Below are positions 17,562 to 28,320 of a stretch of DNA of 64,000 bases, piece after piece. The stretch's first letter is position 1, and every line of letters starts with the position of its first letter. Both the position numbers and the translations under genes were made by a program. Under the pieces are notes generated by a model that searched no databases, was not told where the DNA came from, and saw only the letters and a program-made list of their open reading frames with translations. The stretch is from a candidate division WOR_3 bacterium SM23_42 (GTDB taxonomy: Bacteria > Hydrothermota > Tepidihabitantia > SM23-42). The DNA is taken from positions 6,765 to 70,764 of the forward strand of contig LJUJ01000010.1 of NCBI GenBank assembly GCA_001303785.1, in the 5' to 3' direction.

Positions 17562-19520
17562 TTATTCGATTGTAGTTATCTTACTATCTGCAAAAAGAAA
17601 TCTGTCGCCTTTACTCGTAGCATAGGTGATCTGCGTTGTGTAACCCTTCGTGGCGGCTTCTTCGGCAAATTCCCTGTACCGGTACGTTGCATCTCGGGCA
17701 TGCATGGGTAGGACAATGGTTGGATTTAGTTTTTCGATCGCATAGTGCACACCCAGTTGTACTGATTCGGGCGTGCCTAGTCGGCATCCGACGATCGGAA
17801 AGAAGGCGAGGTCGATTTTCATGTTTTTGTCGGCCAGTGCATCGATTTCTGGCGTATAGGTGCCGGACATGTCCATAAACCCATTAGCGTGATCGCCTGC
17901 GTGGAATATTACCAATCCATCAACTTCAACCAAAAATCCTACACCAGTGTCGTTTGACCTAATTGTTGTAACTTTCATATCATCGAGCGCCCGTTCGGTA
18001 TGTGGCCCGATTAAAGTATACTCATTATCAATCTGACTTGGTTGAAAGCCGAGAACGTATTCGATTTTGGGTAAGTCATTCTGCCATTCAAATATTGTTG
18101 GATCGTAATGATCGGTGTGATGATGTGTGACGAAGACTGTTACATTCTCGTCCTTGATGGCGTCGGGAACGATGTAGCCACTGGCTAGTGAAGCATCAGT
18201 TGGTAATGGACCGTTTCGATCGGTGAAATAATCGAAAATCAACAGGTGATGCTGTGTTTTTATCGCCCATCCGCTGTGCCCCAGGTGCCAGATTATTGCT
18301 TCTTTGTCATTGAGTTCTTTCTTAAGATGTGTTGAGGTTGATTTGGAAATGTCCCTGCTTTTCTTGGTTGCGCCATGCGCAATTAGGAAAGATGTAATAG
18401 AATCGAATCCATGATGCAGCGTGTGATCAAGCGAAGTCTTACCTTCAATATCCTGTGCGTTTACGTCAGCGCCCTTGTTGACCAGGAGTTCTACGATGTC
18501 ATCGTACCCATTGATCGCGGCGGTGTGCAGTTCGGTCCGTCCCCAATGATTCTCCTTAATGTTCAGTTGGGCATTTTGCGATAGCAGATATTCGGTTATT
18601 GCGGAATTGCCGTCACTGACCGCAATATGCAGAGGCGTCATTTCATCATTATCAGTAATATTGATCACGGCGCCATTTTCTACTAGTAACCTCACTATAT
18701 TCAGGCTATCGCGTCTGACTGCACAATGCAGCGGTGTCTGGTATTCGGCGTGGCACGTGCAGGCTTCTTTCTGTTCGATTCTATGAGGATTAACTTTGGC
18801 TCCCCGGGATATCAAGAATTGTGTAATTTCGGCATTGCGGAACGCGGCATTGGATAGCGGTGTCCAGCCAAAATCGTTCATGGCATTTATGTCTAAACCA
18901 TGGGCAAGAAGCAGCTCGGCAGTCTCGACAGAGCCAGCCCCAGCGATCATGTGAAGCGGCGTGCTATTGTTGTCGTTCCTAATATCGACCCGAGCACCGT
19001 TTTCGATAAGAAGTTCTGCGATTTCTGGCGTGCTGGCCAAGAAAAGGGGTGTCATACCGACAGCATTGCGGGAATTGACGTCTGCGTCGTTTTCCAGTAA
19101 ATATCTCACCATATCAAGACGTCTTCGTGCGGTCGCGAAACTCAGCGGCGTGGCTCCGTTGTCGTCCTTGTCATTGATACTTGCGCCCTTTTTGCGTAAC
19201 AATTGAACAATCTCTATGCTACCGTTGATTGCCGCACAATGGATGGGTTGACTCCCGTCGATATCGCCGATACTGAGATCCGCACCTCTTTCCAACAATT
19301 CGTTAACGATTTCTGTATTTCCATTGAACACCGCGATGTTCAGCGGTGTCATCCATTGATCGTCTTGGGCATTCAGTGATGACGGATTTTCTTTGAGTAA
19401 CTCCTTCACCCTTTTAATGTCGTTATCATTCACAGCGTCATGGATTTCTGCCGCATCTGGTAATGTACTACCGAGCAACAGAAATACTACGATGACCAAT
19501 AATTTCCTGGTATCGTGCAC
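17562..19520 (-). CDS. Ankyrin-repeat plus MBL-fold metallo-hydrolase fusion, exported
   Basis: About 10 TPLH..A repeats; LGHSGW, THHHTDH, HAGDH, PMH motifs. Confidence 0.9.
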   Translation of the reverse strand: MHDTRKLLVIVVFLLLGSTLPDAAEIHDAVNDNDIKRVKELLKENPSSLNAQDDQWMTPLNIAVFNGNTEIVNELLERGADLSIGDIDGSQPIHCAAINGSIEIVQLLRKKGASINDKDDNGATPLSFATARRRLDMVRYLLENDADVNSRNAVGMTPLFLASTPEIAELLIENGARVDIRNDNNSTPLHMIAGAGSVETAELLLAHGLDINAMNDFGWTPLSNAAFRNAEITQFLISRGAKVNPHRIEQKEACTCHAEYQTPLHCAVRRDSLNIVRLLVENGAVINITDNDEMTPLHIAVSDGNSAITEYLLSQNAQLNIKENHWGRTELHTAAINGYDDIVELLVNKGADVNAQDIEGKTSLDHTLHHGFDSITSFLIAHGATKKSRDISKSTSTHLKKELNDKEAIIWHLGHSGWAIKTQHHLLIFDYFTDRNGPLPTDASLASGYIVPDAIKDENVTVFVTHHHTDHYDPTIFEWQNDLPKIEYVLGFQPSQIDNEYTLIGPHTERALDDMKVTTIRSNDTGVGFLVEVDGLVIFHAGDHANGFMDMSGTYTPEIDALADKNMKIDLAFFPIVGCRLGTPESVQLGVHYAIEKLNPTIVLPMHARDATYRYREFAEEAATKGYTTQITYATSKGDRFLFADSKITTIE

Positions 19521-19530
19521 AAATACCTCC

Positions 19531-20949
19531 TTATTGCACCTTTACTACTTTCCCAACAATTGCACCCTGGGTTTCAATAAAGTAAATCCCGGGTGTAAGA
19601 TGATTGCGGTTGACGATTCTACCCGTAATGTCGTAAATTCTGTACTGCTCTTTTCCTGGAAATCCCAATTGACCACTGATGATTTCAGTGTAGAACTCGG
19701 ATTTGTTAACATCACCATGGCTATTTTCTGTAACTCCGACATCGGGTTCAGTTTTGATTAGCCAGAAATCGTTAGCCCCGCTGCCGAATGAAGTGGTATG
19801 ACCGCCAATGATGTACCCGCCGTCGGCATTCACGTAGAGCGCGAGTGCTGCATCGTGGTTTGCCCCGCCGTAGCGTTGTGTCCAAACCGTGTCACCGAAC
19901 GAGTTTGTACGCAATAGCCAAACGTCTTCGTAGCCTTGGCCGGCAATTATGTATCCATTATCTGGCGTCTGGTATACGTCGAACCCGAAATCCTGGTAGA
20001 CCCCACCATAGACTTTTGTCCAGAGTGTGTCACCTGCAGAATCTGTTTTGAGTAGCCATACATCACCGGCATTCCACGGAGGAGTACCGTTGATGTATCC
20101 GGCGACGACATATCCATTATCAGTTGTTACATCTACTCCGTACCCCACATCGTCTAGACTACCACCGTAGGTTTTGGTCCACACCGTGTCACCGTCGGCT
20201 TCGATTTTCACAAGCCAGATATCCTTACCGCCCATACCAAAAGAACTCGTAGTCCCAGTAATAATATAGCCGCCATCCGATGTTGGGTGAATCGATATGC
20301 CGTAATCTTCGCCGGTCGCGCCGTATTCCTTTGTCCAAATTGTATCAAGCGTTGCATCGGTTTTCAGGATCCACAGGTCGCCTTTGATCCAGCCAGAAGG
20401 GCCATCCTTGTAGCCGACAAAAATGTATCCGCTGTCAGATGCTTCACAGAAGGCATATGCAACATCTTGCATGGGCGTAGCATAAACGGCGGTGTGCTCG
20501 GCAATGCCGTCCGCATCAGTTTTTATGAGGTATACGTTTTTGCCACCGCCACCAAATGTCTCGGTGTACGCGGCGATTACGTAACCGCTATCCGACGTCT
20601 GGCGTACGAAATGGGCGCCGTCCATTGACGCGCCCCCAAACGTTCTGGTCCATACGGTATCACCATTCGCGTCGACCTTGATGAGATAGGCGTCTTGCAG
20701 ACCGGCCCCGTAAGAGAAAGTGTAGCCGGTGGCGACGTAACCGCCGTCGAACGTTTCGCATACTGAATATGCTACATCAACATCGACCCCGCCATAGGTG
20801 CGTGACCAGAGGGTGTCGGGAGGGTTTCCATGGAGCAGGAATTGAGAAGTGGGAAGTAAGAAGCAAAGCAACAAAAGGGGCACGAAGCGTAGTATGAGCT
20901 CCGTAGTACGAGCTCTGTAGTGCGTAGTAAGGTAAATCATGTAACGCAT
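19531..20949 (-). CDS. Beta-propeller protein (GDTLWT+TYGG repeats) with short CTD
   Basis: Repeats DGGYIIxG...DxWLxKTDxxGDTxWT; YDITGR...GIYF...KVVKVQ. Confidence 0.85.
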   Translation of the reverse strand: MRYMIYLTTHYRARTTELILRFVPLLLLCFLLPTSQFLLHGNPPDTLWSRTYGGVDVDVAYSVCETFDGGYVATGYTFSYGAGLQDAYLIKVDANGDTVWTRTFGGASMDGAHFVRQTSDSGYVIAAYTETFGGGGKNVYLIKTDADGIAEHTAVYATPMQDVAYAFCEASDSGYIFVGYKDGPSGWIKGDLWILKTDATLDTIWTKEYGATGEDYGISIHPTSDGGYIITGTTSSFGMGGKDIWLVKIEADGDTVWTKTYGGSLDDVGYGVDVTTDNGYVVAGYINGTPPWNAGDVWLLKTDSAGDTLWTKVYGGVYQDFGFDVYQTPDNGYIIAGQGYEDVWLLRTNSFGDTVWTQRYGGANHDAALALYVNADGGYIIGGHTTSFGSGANDFWLIKTEPDVGVTENSHGDVNKSEFYTEIISGQLGFPGKEQYRIYDITGRIVNRNHLTPGIYFIETQGAIVGKVVKVQ

Positions 20950-20962
20950 CGATGTCTCCTTA

Positions 20963-22294
20963 TCATTGTACTTTGACTATCTTCTGGATTATTTCATCAG
21001 TGGTTTTCAGAAAATAGACGCCGGGCGAGGGATTGATTGACTTAATTTCTCGACCCGCGATATCGTAAAGCTGAAAGCTCTGAGCACCGGGAAATCGTAA
21101 GGGGCCGTGTACTATTGTTGGGGTGATACTCTGAATCGGCATCGTGTTGTTATCATCTTCTTCAACCCCGACCAGGTCACTTTCGTACCAGTATATGGTA
21201 TTCGTGTTGGTTGCCGCTGCGACGACGTCAACGTCACCGTCGCCATCGATATCCTCTGCATATACCGGCCATGCACCATCGCAATTTCCATCGATTACGT
21301 GTTCGGTCCAGGATATTGGTATGCTGCCGTCGTTGCTCCACCATGCAACGTCGTCGAGTATGTCTGAGGTGCCCAGGACATCGATGTGACCATCATTATT
21401 GATATCCCTGCAAAAAACACCGAGCGCGCCGTAAAACGATCCGTCAATGGTTTGCTGTGTCCAATTAATCGGGCTGCCTCCGTCGTTGCGCCACCATGTT
21501 ATATCATTCGCATTATAAGCGGCGGCAGCGACATCGGTATCACCATCGGTGTCAATATCGCAGGCACAGACCATATGTGCTCCGACAAAGTTCTGGTTGA
21601 TCGGATACTCGGTCCATGTCGAGTCTCCATTGTTACGCCACCAAGTAACAGCATTGGCTAGCAAGGCAGCGCCCACTACGTCAATCAGGCTGTCACCGTC
21701 GAAGTCGGCTGCCCTGATCGAACGGGCACCGTCGAAGTTGTCGTCGATCGTGTGTCGTGTCCAGCCTATCGGGACCAGACCATCGTTTTCGAACCATGCG
21801 ATCTCATCAATGGCTGCGGCGGCACCCAATACGTCTATATCTTCGTCACCATCCATATCAGCGGCAGATATTTCGTGGGCATTGGAAAAACCGGTCGCTA
21901 TGGTGTATTTTGTCCATTGGATGGGGTCGCCGCCGCCGTTTTCCCACCAAGCCAATTCATTACCGTGCCAGGCACTCGACAGCACGTCGATATCGCCATC
22001 ACCATCGATGTCTTCGGCAGAGACAAAACATGCGCCGAGGAAACTCATCTGTACTAATTCATATGTCCAGGATATGGGGTCGCCGCCGTCATTTAACCAG
22101 GAACAAACACGACTAGCATCAAATCCCGTACCCAGGACATCGACATTATCGTCTCCATTAATGTCTTGGGCATGCACGGAACAGGCACCGCTCAGGTTGC
22201 CAGTGATGGTGTGCCGGGTCCAGCCTATTTGGGCGAGTAACATAGTTGGTACAAAAACCGTTATAAGCATGAAACCCACGAGTGTTCTTTTCAT
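20963..22294 (-). CDS. FG-GAP/VCBS-repeat protein with short CTD
   Basis: Probable start MKRTLVGF at 22294; DIDGDGDIDV..WWEN repeats. Confidence 0.85.
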   Translation of the reverse strand: MKRTLVGFMLITVFVPTMLLAQIGWTRHTITGNLSGACSVHAQDINGDDNVDVLGTGFDASRVCSWLNDGGDPISWTYELVQMSFLGACFVSAEDIDGDGDIDVLSSAWHGNELAWWENGGGDPIQWTKYTIATGFSNAHEISAADMDGDEDIDVLGAAAAIDEIAWFENDGLVPIGWTRHTIDDNFDGARSIRAADFDGDSLIDVVGAALLANAVTWWRNNGDSTWTEYPINQNFVGAHMVCACDIDTDGDTDVAAAAYNANDITWWRNDGGSPINWTQQTIDGSFYGALGVFCRDINNDGHIDVLGTSDILDDVAWWSNDGSIPISWTEHVIDGNCDGAWPVYAEDIDGDGDVDVVAAATNTNTIYWYESDLVGVEEDDNNTMPIQSITPTIVHGPLRFPGAQSFQLYDIAGREIKSINPSPGVYFLKTTDEIIQKIVKVQ

Positions 22295-22314
22295 GATTCT
22301 TCTCCCTGTTTTGT

Positions 22315-23586
22315 TTATCTGGCTTTCACCACTTTTCTTAAGTCTTCTTCGATTTTGACAAAATAGATACCAGGTTTGAGATTCACTGGAGAAACGGTCC
22401 GGCCTGCAATATCGTATACATAGCACTGTTTTCCTGAGGGGAGTCTGAGGTGTCCGTTGATGACGGTCGGACCAAAGTCAAAATGATTCACTGATGCATT
22501 ACCACCTTCGTCGACACCGACGAAGTCGCTCTCCCACCAGGCGATTTCATCAATCTGAAGCGCCGAACCTAATACATCCTTGTCACTATCACCATCAACG
22601 TCGATTGCAAAAACCGAATGGGCATAGTTGAATGTATTCGTTATTACACCGCTAGCACTACCCCAGTGGGCAATCGAGTTGGCATACCACGCAGCGCCCA
22701 GTATTTCCATACTACCATCATTGTCCAGGTCTGCGGCATGAACAGCACCGGCGCCTGCAAAGCTGTTGGTCACGGTGTGCTGTGTGAAGCTCTCGTTACC
22801 ATCATTCTCCCACCAAGCTATCGTATTTGCATTGTAAGCAGCGCCGATGACATCAGTATCGTTGTCATTATCGAGGTCAGCAGCGTATACTGCAGTGGCG
22901 CCATTGAAGTTGCCGTTGATGACGTGCAGGCCGAAATTTTCATTACCGTCATTTTCCCACCAGGCGATGTCGTCACCAATGCCGGCGGCGCCCAGGACAT
23001 CAACGTCGCCATCACTGTCCACATCGGTGGCAAACACCGAACTCGCATCTTGAAAGATATCAATAATGATGTGCTGTGTGAAGACCTGGTTCCCGTCGTT
23101 TTCCCACCAGGCGATGGTGTTTGCCGTCCGCGCCGCGCCGAGCACATCGACATCACCGTCTTGATCGAGGTCGGTGGCATAAACAGAGTAGGCACCGCCA
23201 AAAGTGCTGGAAATTATGTGCTGTGAGAATCCGCTCGCCGTGTTTTCCCACCATGCGATTGTATTCGCGTGGTATGCGGCACCGAGCACATCGCCATCAC
23301 CATCGTCGTCTAAATCAACGGCATACACACAAGCAGCGCCAGTAAAGGAATTCGATAATGTGTGCTCAGTGAAATTTTCATTGCCGTCGTTCTCCCACCA
23401 GGCTATCGCGTTGGCTTCCCATGCCGCGCCGACAACGTCGATGTCGGTGTCAGTATCAAAATCGGCGGCGTGTGCCCAGAGTGCGCCGTCGAAGTCATCG
23501 GTAATGGTGTGTTTGGTCCAGTTAATTTGCCCGAAGGCGGGTGTGACCAGGAAAAGGAATAATGGTATACATATGATTCGATTCAT
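22315..23586 (-). CDS. FG-GAP/VCBS-repeat protein with short CTD
   Basis: Signal peptide ending AFG-Q; DLDxDGDxDVLGAA...AWWENDG repeats. Confidence 0.88.
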   Translation of the reverse strand: MNRIICIPLFLFLVTPAFGQINWTKHTITDDFDGALWAHAADFDTDTDIDVVGAAWEANAIAWWENDGNENFTEHTLSNSFTGAACVYAVDLDDDGDGDVLGAAYHANTIAWWENTASGFSQHIISSTFGGAYSVYATDLDQDGDVDVLGAARTANTIAWWENDGNQVFTQHIIIDIFQDASSVFATDVDSDGDVDVLGAAGIGDDIAWWENDGNENFGLHVINGNFNGATAVYAADLDNDNDTDVIGAAYNANTIAWWENDGNESFTQHTVTNSFAGAGAVHAADLDNDGSMEILGAAWYANSIAHWGSASGVITNTFNYAHSVFAIDVDGDSDKDVLGSALQIDEIAWWESDFVGVDEGGNASVNHFDFGPTVINGHLRLPSGKQCYVYDIAGRTVSPVNLKPGIYFVKIEEDLRKVVKAR

Positions 23587-23600
23587 CCTATCTCCTCTCG

Positions 23601-25169
23601 CTATTTTATCTTAACGATTTTTCGTGATACTCGATTTCCTAACTTTATGAAATATATGCCAGGTTCGATATGCTCAGCTCGCACTTCCCGGCCAGATATG
23701 TCATAGATCTTGTACTCCGTGCTTCTTGGCAGAGATGATCCACCTGTGATGATCGTAGGCCCGCAATAGCTATCTTGCGGGAGGTGTGTTTCGTCCTCGG
23801 ATATTGCTGTGATGTGTTGATTATCGAAAAGCATTGCCCTGGAACCGGTCACCGCAAGGTCGAGATCTTGTGAATACGTGTAGTTCACTGTGAGCGTGTC
23901 ATCAGTAGCCGGTGCCGTAGCGAGTGATATCCAACCCTGTGAAAAATCGTGACAGTATTCTTGTAACGCCACGGGTGTTCCGTTGATGTATAGCGACGAT
24001 ATTTCGTGAACGGGTTTCCTTTCTAAATAGAAGATTCTTTTGTCGCCATCACCGAGAAATGCTTCAGACGTGACGACTAATCCGTCTTCGTCAAAATCAC
24101 CCCAGGCGATCTGCTGAAGCCAGCCGCCACCAGTGTATGACCAGACGTATGAATCACTGAGCACGCCACCGTTGTTTTCAAAAATGCCTACCGGCGCATA
24201 CCAGGCACCGCCTGCCAGGTCAAAATCGCCGTCGTCATCGACATCGGCCCACGCCACACACGAAGGCTGGGTATAGTTTGAACAGGACCAGAAAGGTACG
24301 GTATCGAGGTGACCGCCCAGATTTTCAAAAAGAAAGAAATCCTCTGCGATACCGGCGACGGCAAGGTCCAGATCACCATCACCGTCAACGTCGCCAAAAT
24401 CCATCTGGCGAGCGCCGATGATGGCATGGGTTTGCCAGGAGGGCGTGGTCTCGAGGATTCCCGCGTCATTGTAGAATATAGATACGTAGGCATTACGTCC
24501 ACCGAGTGCAAAGTCATGATCTCCATCGAAGTCAATATCGACAAAGAAAGCCTCGACACCGTAATAAGAGCTGTCACTTTGCCAGTAGGGTAAGGTGTCG
24601 ATTACACCGTCGTTGTTGCGATATATCACCGCCTTCTGCAAATGGCCGGTAAGGTAATCCCCCTGAGCAAACGCGATGTCATGATCGCCATCACCATCCG
24701 GGTCACCTACAGCACATGAAAATGAATTTCCTGGCTGCGAATACCACGTGGGCGATGGTGAAAGCCCGCCATCGTTTTGATAGATAACGTGCGGTAGTGG
24801 GGGGCACCCGGTTGGTGTGTAGCCGAGGTTGGCGACAACAAGGTCCAGATCGCCGTCGTGATCGAGATCGACTATTGCGATATTATCCGAAGGTTCCTGA
24901 TCGGCGCTTACCCATCCAGGGGATGTCGGGATCATGCTACCGTTATTGAAATACACGTGATTCGGCACGAATGCCGCGTCGCAACCGTTGGTTATCACCA
25001 GGTCATGCCATCCATTGCCATCTATATCGCCCCAGCCTACCCCGGTCGGTATATTGCCGTAATCTGCCTGCCACATGGGACTCGATGGCATGCTCACGTC
25101 GGCGACGACGAACGTGATGATTGATGACAGCACGACGATAATGCGCGCTCTATTGATACGCAGCTTCAT
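23601..25169 (-). CDS. FG-GAP-repeat protein with short CTD
   Basis: GDxDGDGDxDLAV repeats; YDISGR...GIYF...KIVKIK. Confidence 0.85.
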   Translation of the reverse strand: MKLRINRARIIVVLSSIITFVVADVSMPSSPMWQADYGNIPTGVGWGDIDGNGWHDLVITNGCDAAFVPNHVYFNNGSMIPTSPGWVSADQEPSDNIAIVDLDHDGDLDLVVANLGYTPTGCPPLPHVIYQNDGGLSPSPTWYSQPGNSFSCAVGDPDGDGDHDIAFAQGDYLTGHLQKAVIYRNNDGVIDTLPYWQSDSSYYGVEAFFVDIDFDGDHDFALGGRNAYVSIFYNDAGILETTPSWQTHAIIGARQMDFGDVDGDGDLDLAVAGIAEDFFLFENLGGHLDTVPFWSCSNYTQPSCVAWADVDDDGDFDLAGGAWYAPVGIFENNGGVLSDSYVWSYTGGGWLQQIAWGDFDEDGLVVTSEAFLGDGDKRIFYLERKPVHEISSLYINGTPVALQEYCHDFSQGWISLATAPATDDTLTVNYTYSQDLDLAVTGSRAMLFDNQHITAISEDETHLPQDSYCGPTIITGGSSLPRSTEYKIYDISGREVRAEHIEPGIYFIKLGNRVSRKIVKIK

Positions 25170-26999
25170 TTATTTTCCTCCGTTGTTGATAAAGATTATG
25201 CTCTTCCTTTCGACAGAATGGTCATCTTCCAATTGGCATAAATAGATGCCACTCTTGATATGTCTGCCCTGGTTATCACGACCATCCCAACTTATCGATG
25301 ATGCATGACTCAAGATGCATGATTCAAGATTAAAGGATTTTACCAGTCGACCGAGCACATCGAATATTCGGAGTTGGATTTCACCCGGAACCGGATGATG
25401 AAATGAAATTTCTGTTTTTTCACTGAAAGGATTGGGGCAGCTGTGCAATACCATTCCCCTGCTTGCCGGATGCTTTTCAGTCTCTGAGATACCAGTGGTA
25501 CCGATGAACACCGTGTCCCGTTTTGAGTGGTCGACATTGGCTTTGATTATAACTGTATCATGTTGGTACACGCCTACACAGTTGTGCAGATCATTACTCG
25601 TCGTATCGATATATGCAGTGCCGTGATACATGCCTGTTGCGGTGTCGGTTTCGATGAGTGCTACGCCAATACCGTACGTATCTTTGTTGCTACATATGAT
25701 CACCAGCGCTGGATCTACAAAAGCGTTGTTCCAGTTTGTTCCCTGTAATTCAATGAAAAGCGTATCGCCATAGGATAAGACGCCGGTCTGGGGTGTGGTA
25801 TACGTGCTGTCCGACATGACGGCCACCGAACTTACAGTCAAGGGTTCGCCGGGTGCATCGCTGTCAGGTGTGCTGAGGAAAGGAGTGAAATTGACCTGTC
25901 CGAATATCAATGAATCTATTGCTGAAGAGTCATTTGTCCACCAGAAGTTAGATGTCATGTCCAAGTTATAGGATGTATTATTTATGACTTCATATCCGCC
26001 TTGCTGATAAGAGTTGTAATAGATATTATTATGATTTGCGGTCATGGCGCCCGAAGTCTCAGTCAGATACAGCCCGTCCACATTATCAATAATGGCATTC
26101 ATGTAGAGCTCGGCGGCTGAATTGCCAAGCGTTCTGGTGCCTCCACCGTATTGGCCAGCGTTCCTTGCTATTGTATTATTGTATATAACCGGTATGCAGG
26201 AGTAGCAGCAGGCAATGCCGGCGCCGTTTTGCATGCAAGTATTATCGATGATGACATTTGCGACTATCGCAGGAGACGAGGTCATATAGCAATCTATGCC
26301 GCCGCCCGTTTCCAGAGCGTGATTTTTTCTTACCAGGTTACGCTTGATGAGCGGGGCTGAATGGTCGTTGAATATTCCACCCCCATATCTCGCGGTGTTG
26401 TGCGCAACTGTGTTGCCTTCAATAATAGAGCCTGAGTAGTAGCAGTAAATACCACCGCCCATATAAGACAGCGCCGTGTTTTCGGTGATAAGGTTATCTA
26501 TTATACTGCTGTTGTCGTAATCGCAATAGATGCCACCACCACAGCCGACATAGCCGGTAGCGGCGTTGCCTTTGATTATGTTGTCGCTTATCTTCATGAA
26601 TGAATTGTTGCAGTAGATACCGCCCGCGTCGAAGGCGCTGCCGCCGGTAATCGTAAACCCGTGGATGACGGTAGTGCTATCGAGTGCCTGACAATCAAAC
26701 ACTCGGTCGCTTGCGTTTGCGTCGATCGTGGTTGCCGATGGTCCCGATTGACTGATCAGGACAACACCATTCTGCATATTTATTGGAAATACTTCGCCGG
26801 ATGCGGTATTGTAAGTTCCGGCCGCAACCATCACCGTGTCACCATAACCTGCCGAGTCTTCCACTGCCGTCTTTAGCGTGGGAATATCAGCAGGGACATG
26901 CCAGGTTATAGCCTGTAACACTGGGTTGATTCCCAGCGCGGAAAAAATACACATGGAGATAACAAGGCGTCGTTGGTTACCACGTTGCATGTCGTTCAT
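25170..26999 (-). CDS. DUF1565/right-handed beta-helix protein with FlgD-Ig-type CTD
   Basis: GTY....GEVFPI motif; GGGIYC repeats; PNPF...WDGRD...SGIY. Confidence 0.85.
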   Translation of the reverse strand: MNDMQRGNQRRLVISMCIFSALGINPVLQAITWHVPADIPTLKTAVEDSAGYGDTVMVAAGTYNTASGEVFPINMQNGVVLISQSGPSATTIDANASDRVFDCQALDSTTVIHGFTITGGSAFDAGGIYCNNSFMKISDNIIKGNAATGYVGCGGGIYCDYDNSSIIDNLITENTALSYMGGGIYCYYSGSIIEGNTVAHNTARYGGGIFNDHSAPLIKRNLVRKNHALETGGGIDCYMTSSPAIVANVIIDNTCMQNGAGIACCYSCIPVIYNNTIARNAGQYGGGTRTLGNSAAELYMNAIIDNVDGLYLTETSGAMTANHNNIYYNSYQQGGYEVINNTSYNLDMTSNFWWTNDSSAIDSLIFGQVNFTPFLSTPDSDAPGEPLTVSSVAVMSDSTYTTPQTGVLSYGDTLFIELQGTNWNNAFVDPALVIICSNKDTYGIGVALIETDTATGMYHGTAYIDTTSNDLHNCVGVYQHDTVIIKANVDHSKRDTVFIGTTGISETEKHPASRGMVLHSCPNPFSEKTEISFHHPVPGEIQLRIFDVLGRLVKSFNLESCILSHASSISWDGRDNQGRHIKSGIYLCQLEDDHSVERKSIIFINNGGK

Positions 27000-27013
27000 A
27001 ATACCTCCACAGA

Positions 27014-28312
27014 CTATCTTATCTTCACAAACTTTCTCACGATCCGTGTATCGTACTCAATGAAATAGATTCCGGGCGTCAGGTGTTCTGATTCAACCTT
27101 CTTGCCTGTGATGTCATAAATGTTATATAATTTCTGCTTGGGTAGACTGAACGGACCGCTTATTATTGTCGGTAGGTACTGAATTTCTTTCACGATATTG
27201 GTATCATTTTCTTCCACCCCAATCAGCTGATTCTCCCACCAGGTAACCTTGTCGGCGCCCATTGCTGCTCCAACAACATCGCAGTCGCCGTCATCGTCTA
27301 GATCCTCTACGCAAACGTGATTTGCGCCCAGGAAACCATCGACTATGGAGTACTGCGTGAAGGTCTGGTTTCCATCATTCTGGTACCACCTTATTGCATG
27401 ACTCATTTTTGCCGCACCGACTATATCAACATAGCCGTCGGCATTGAGGTCTATTGCGCGAACGCTACGCGCCTGGTAGAAGTTGGGATCGATTATGTGT
27501 CTTGTGAAACTCTGATCTCCTGCATTCTCGAACCAAGCGATCTGCCCGGCACATGAAGCCGCCGCAATGTCGGTGTCGCCGTCGTTGTCAATGTCTTCGG
27601 CAGCCAGAAAATTAGGATATCCCCAACCAGCGCTGACAATGTGTTCGGTGAAAGATTGGCTGCCATTGTTTTCGAACCACAGTATCATAGTGGAACCGGG
27701 GCCAGCTCCAATAACGTCAATATCGGTGTCTCCATCTATATCTACTGGGATAAGGCATGCAGCACCCTGCAGGTACGGTTTGATGGTGCGTTCGGTGAAT
27801 GATTGATTCCCGTCATTCTCAAACCAAACCATCTTGCCTGCTTGGCAGGACGTGACGAGCAGATCCATGTCATTATCAAGGTCTAAATCAGTAGGAAACA
27901 CATAATTCGGCGGCCCCCAGTTGGCAACAATGGTGTGATGGCTAGAGAAATTCTGATTCCCATCATTCTCCCACCATGCTAAGGTGTCGCAGAGGAAGCC
28001 AGCACATACTACATCTATGTCGGTATCGCCATCAAGATCGACCCCGCAGATGCCCTTCGGTCCCAAGAAATTGTCACAAATTGTGTGTGCAGTGAAATTC
28101 TGACTGCCATCATTTTCCCACCAGGATACGCAATGGCCATCATAAGCGGAACCGAGTATATCGAAATCATCATCACCATCCAGGTCGATTGGTAATGCAT
28201 ACCATGCACCATTGAAGCTATCCGACACCATATGCTCTACCCAGTTCAGTTGAGCGGGCAGAGACACCGGTAAAAGTAAGCTTTGGATAAGCAGCCAAGG
28301 CAGGCTTTTTAT
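27014..28312 (-). CDS. FG-GAP/VCBS-repeat protein with short CTD; start codon uncertain (ATA?)
   Basis: SD AGGAGG-AATC-ATA precedes signal-like KSLPWLLIQSLLLPVSLPA-Q; DLDGDxDxD repeats. Confidence 0.8.
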   Translation of the reverse strand: MKSLPWLLIQSLLLPVSLPAQLNWVEHMVSDSFNGAWYALPIDLDGDDDFDILGSAYDGHCVSWWENDGSQNFTAHTICDNFLGPKGICGVDLDGDTDIDVVCAGFLCDTLAWWENDGNQNFSSHHTIVANWGPPNYVFPTDLDLDNDMDLLVTSCQAGKMVWFENDGNQSFTERTIKPYLQGAACLIPVDIDGDTDIDVIGAGPGSTMILWFENNGSQSFTEHIVSAGWGYPNFLAAEDIDNDGDTDIAAASCAGQIAWFENAGDQSFTRHIIDPNFYQARSVRAIDLNADGYVDIVGAAKMSHAIRWYQNDGNQTFTQYSIVDGFLGANHVCVEDLDDDGDCDVVGAAMGADKVTWWENQLIGVEENDTNIVKEIQYLPTIISGPFSLPKQKLYNIYDITGKKVESEHLTPGIYFIEYDTRIVRKFVKIR

Positions 28313-28320
28313 GATTCCTC

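Noticed and set aside
21549-23614. Long antisense ORFs over FG-GAP genes, and similar shadow ORFs elsewhere
   Set aside because: Explained by codon bias of Asp/Gly-rich sense genes; no SD or motifs
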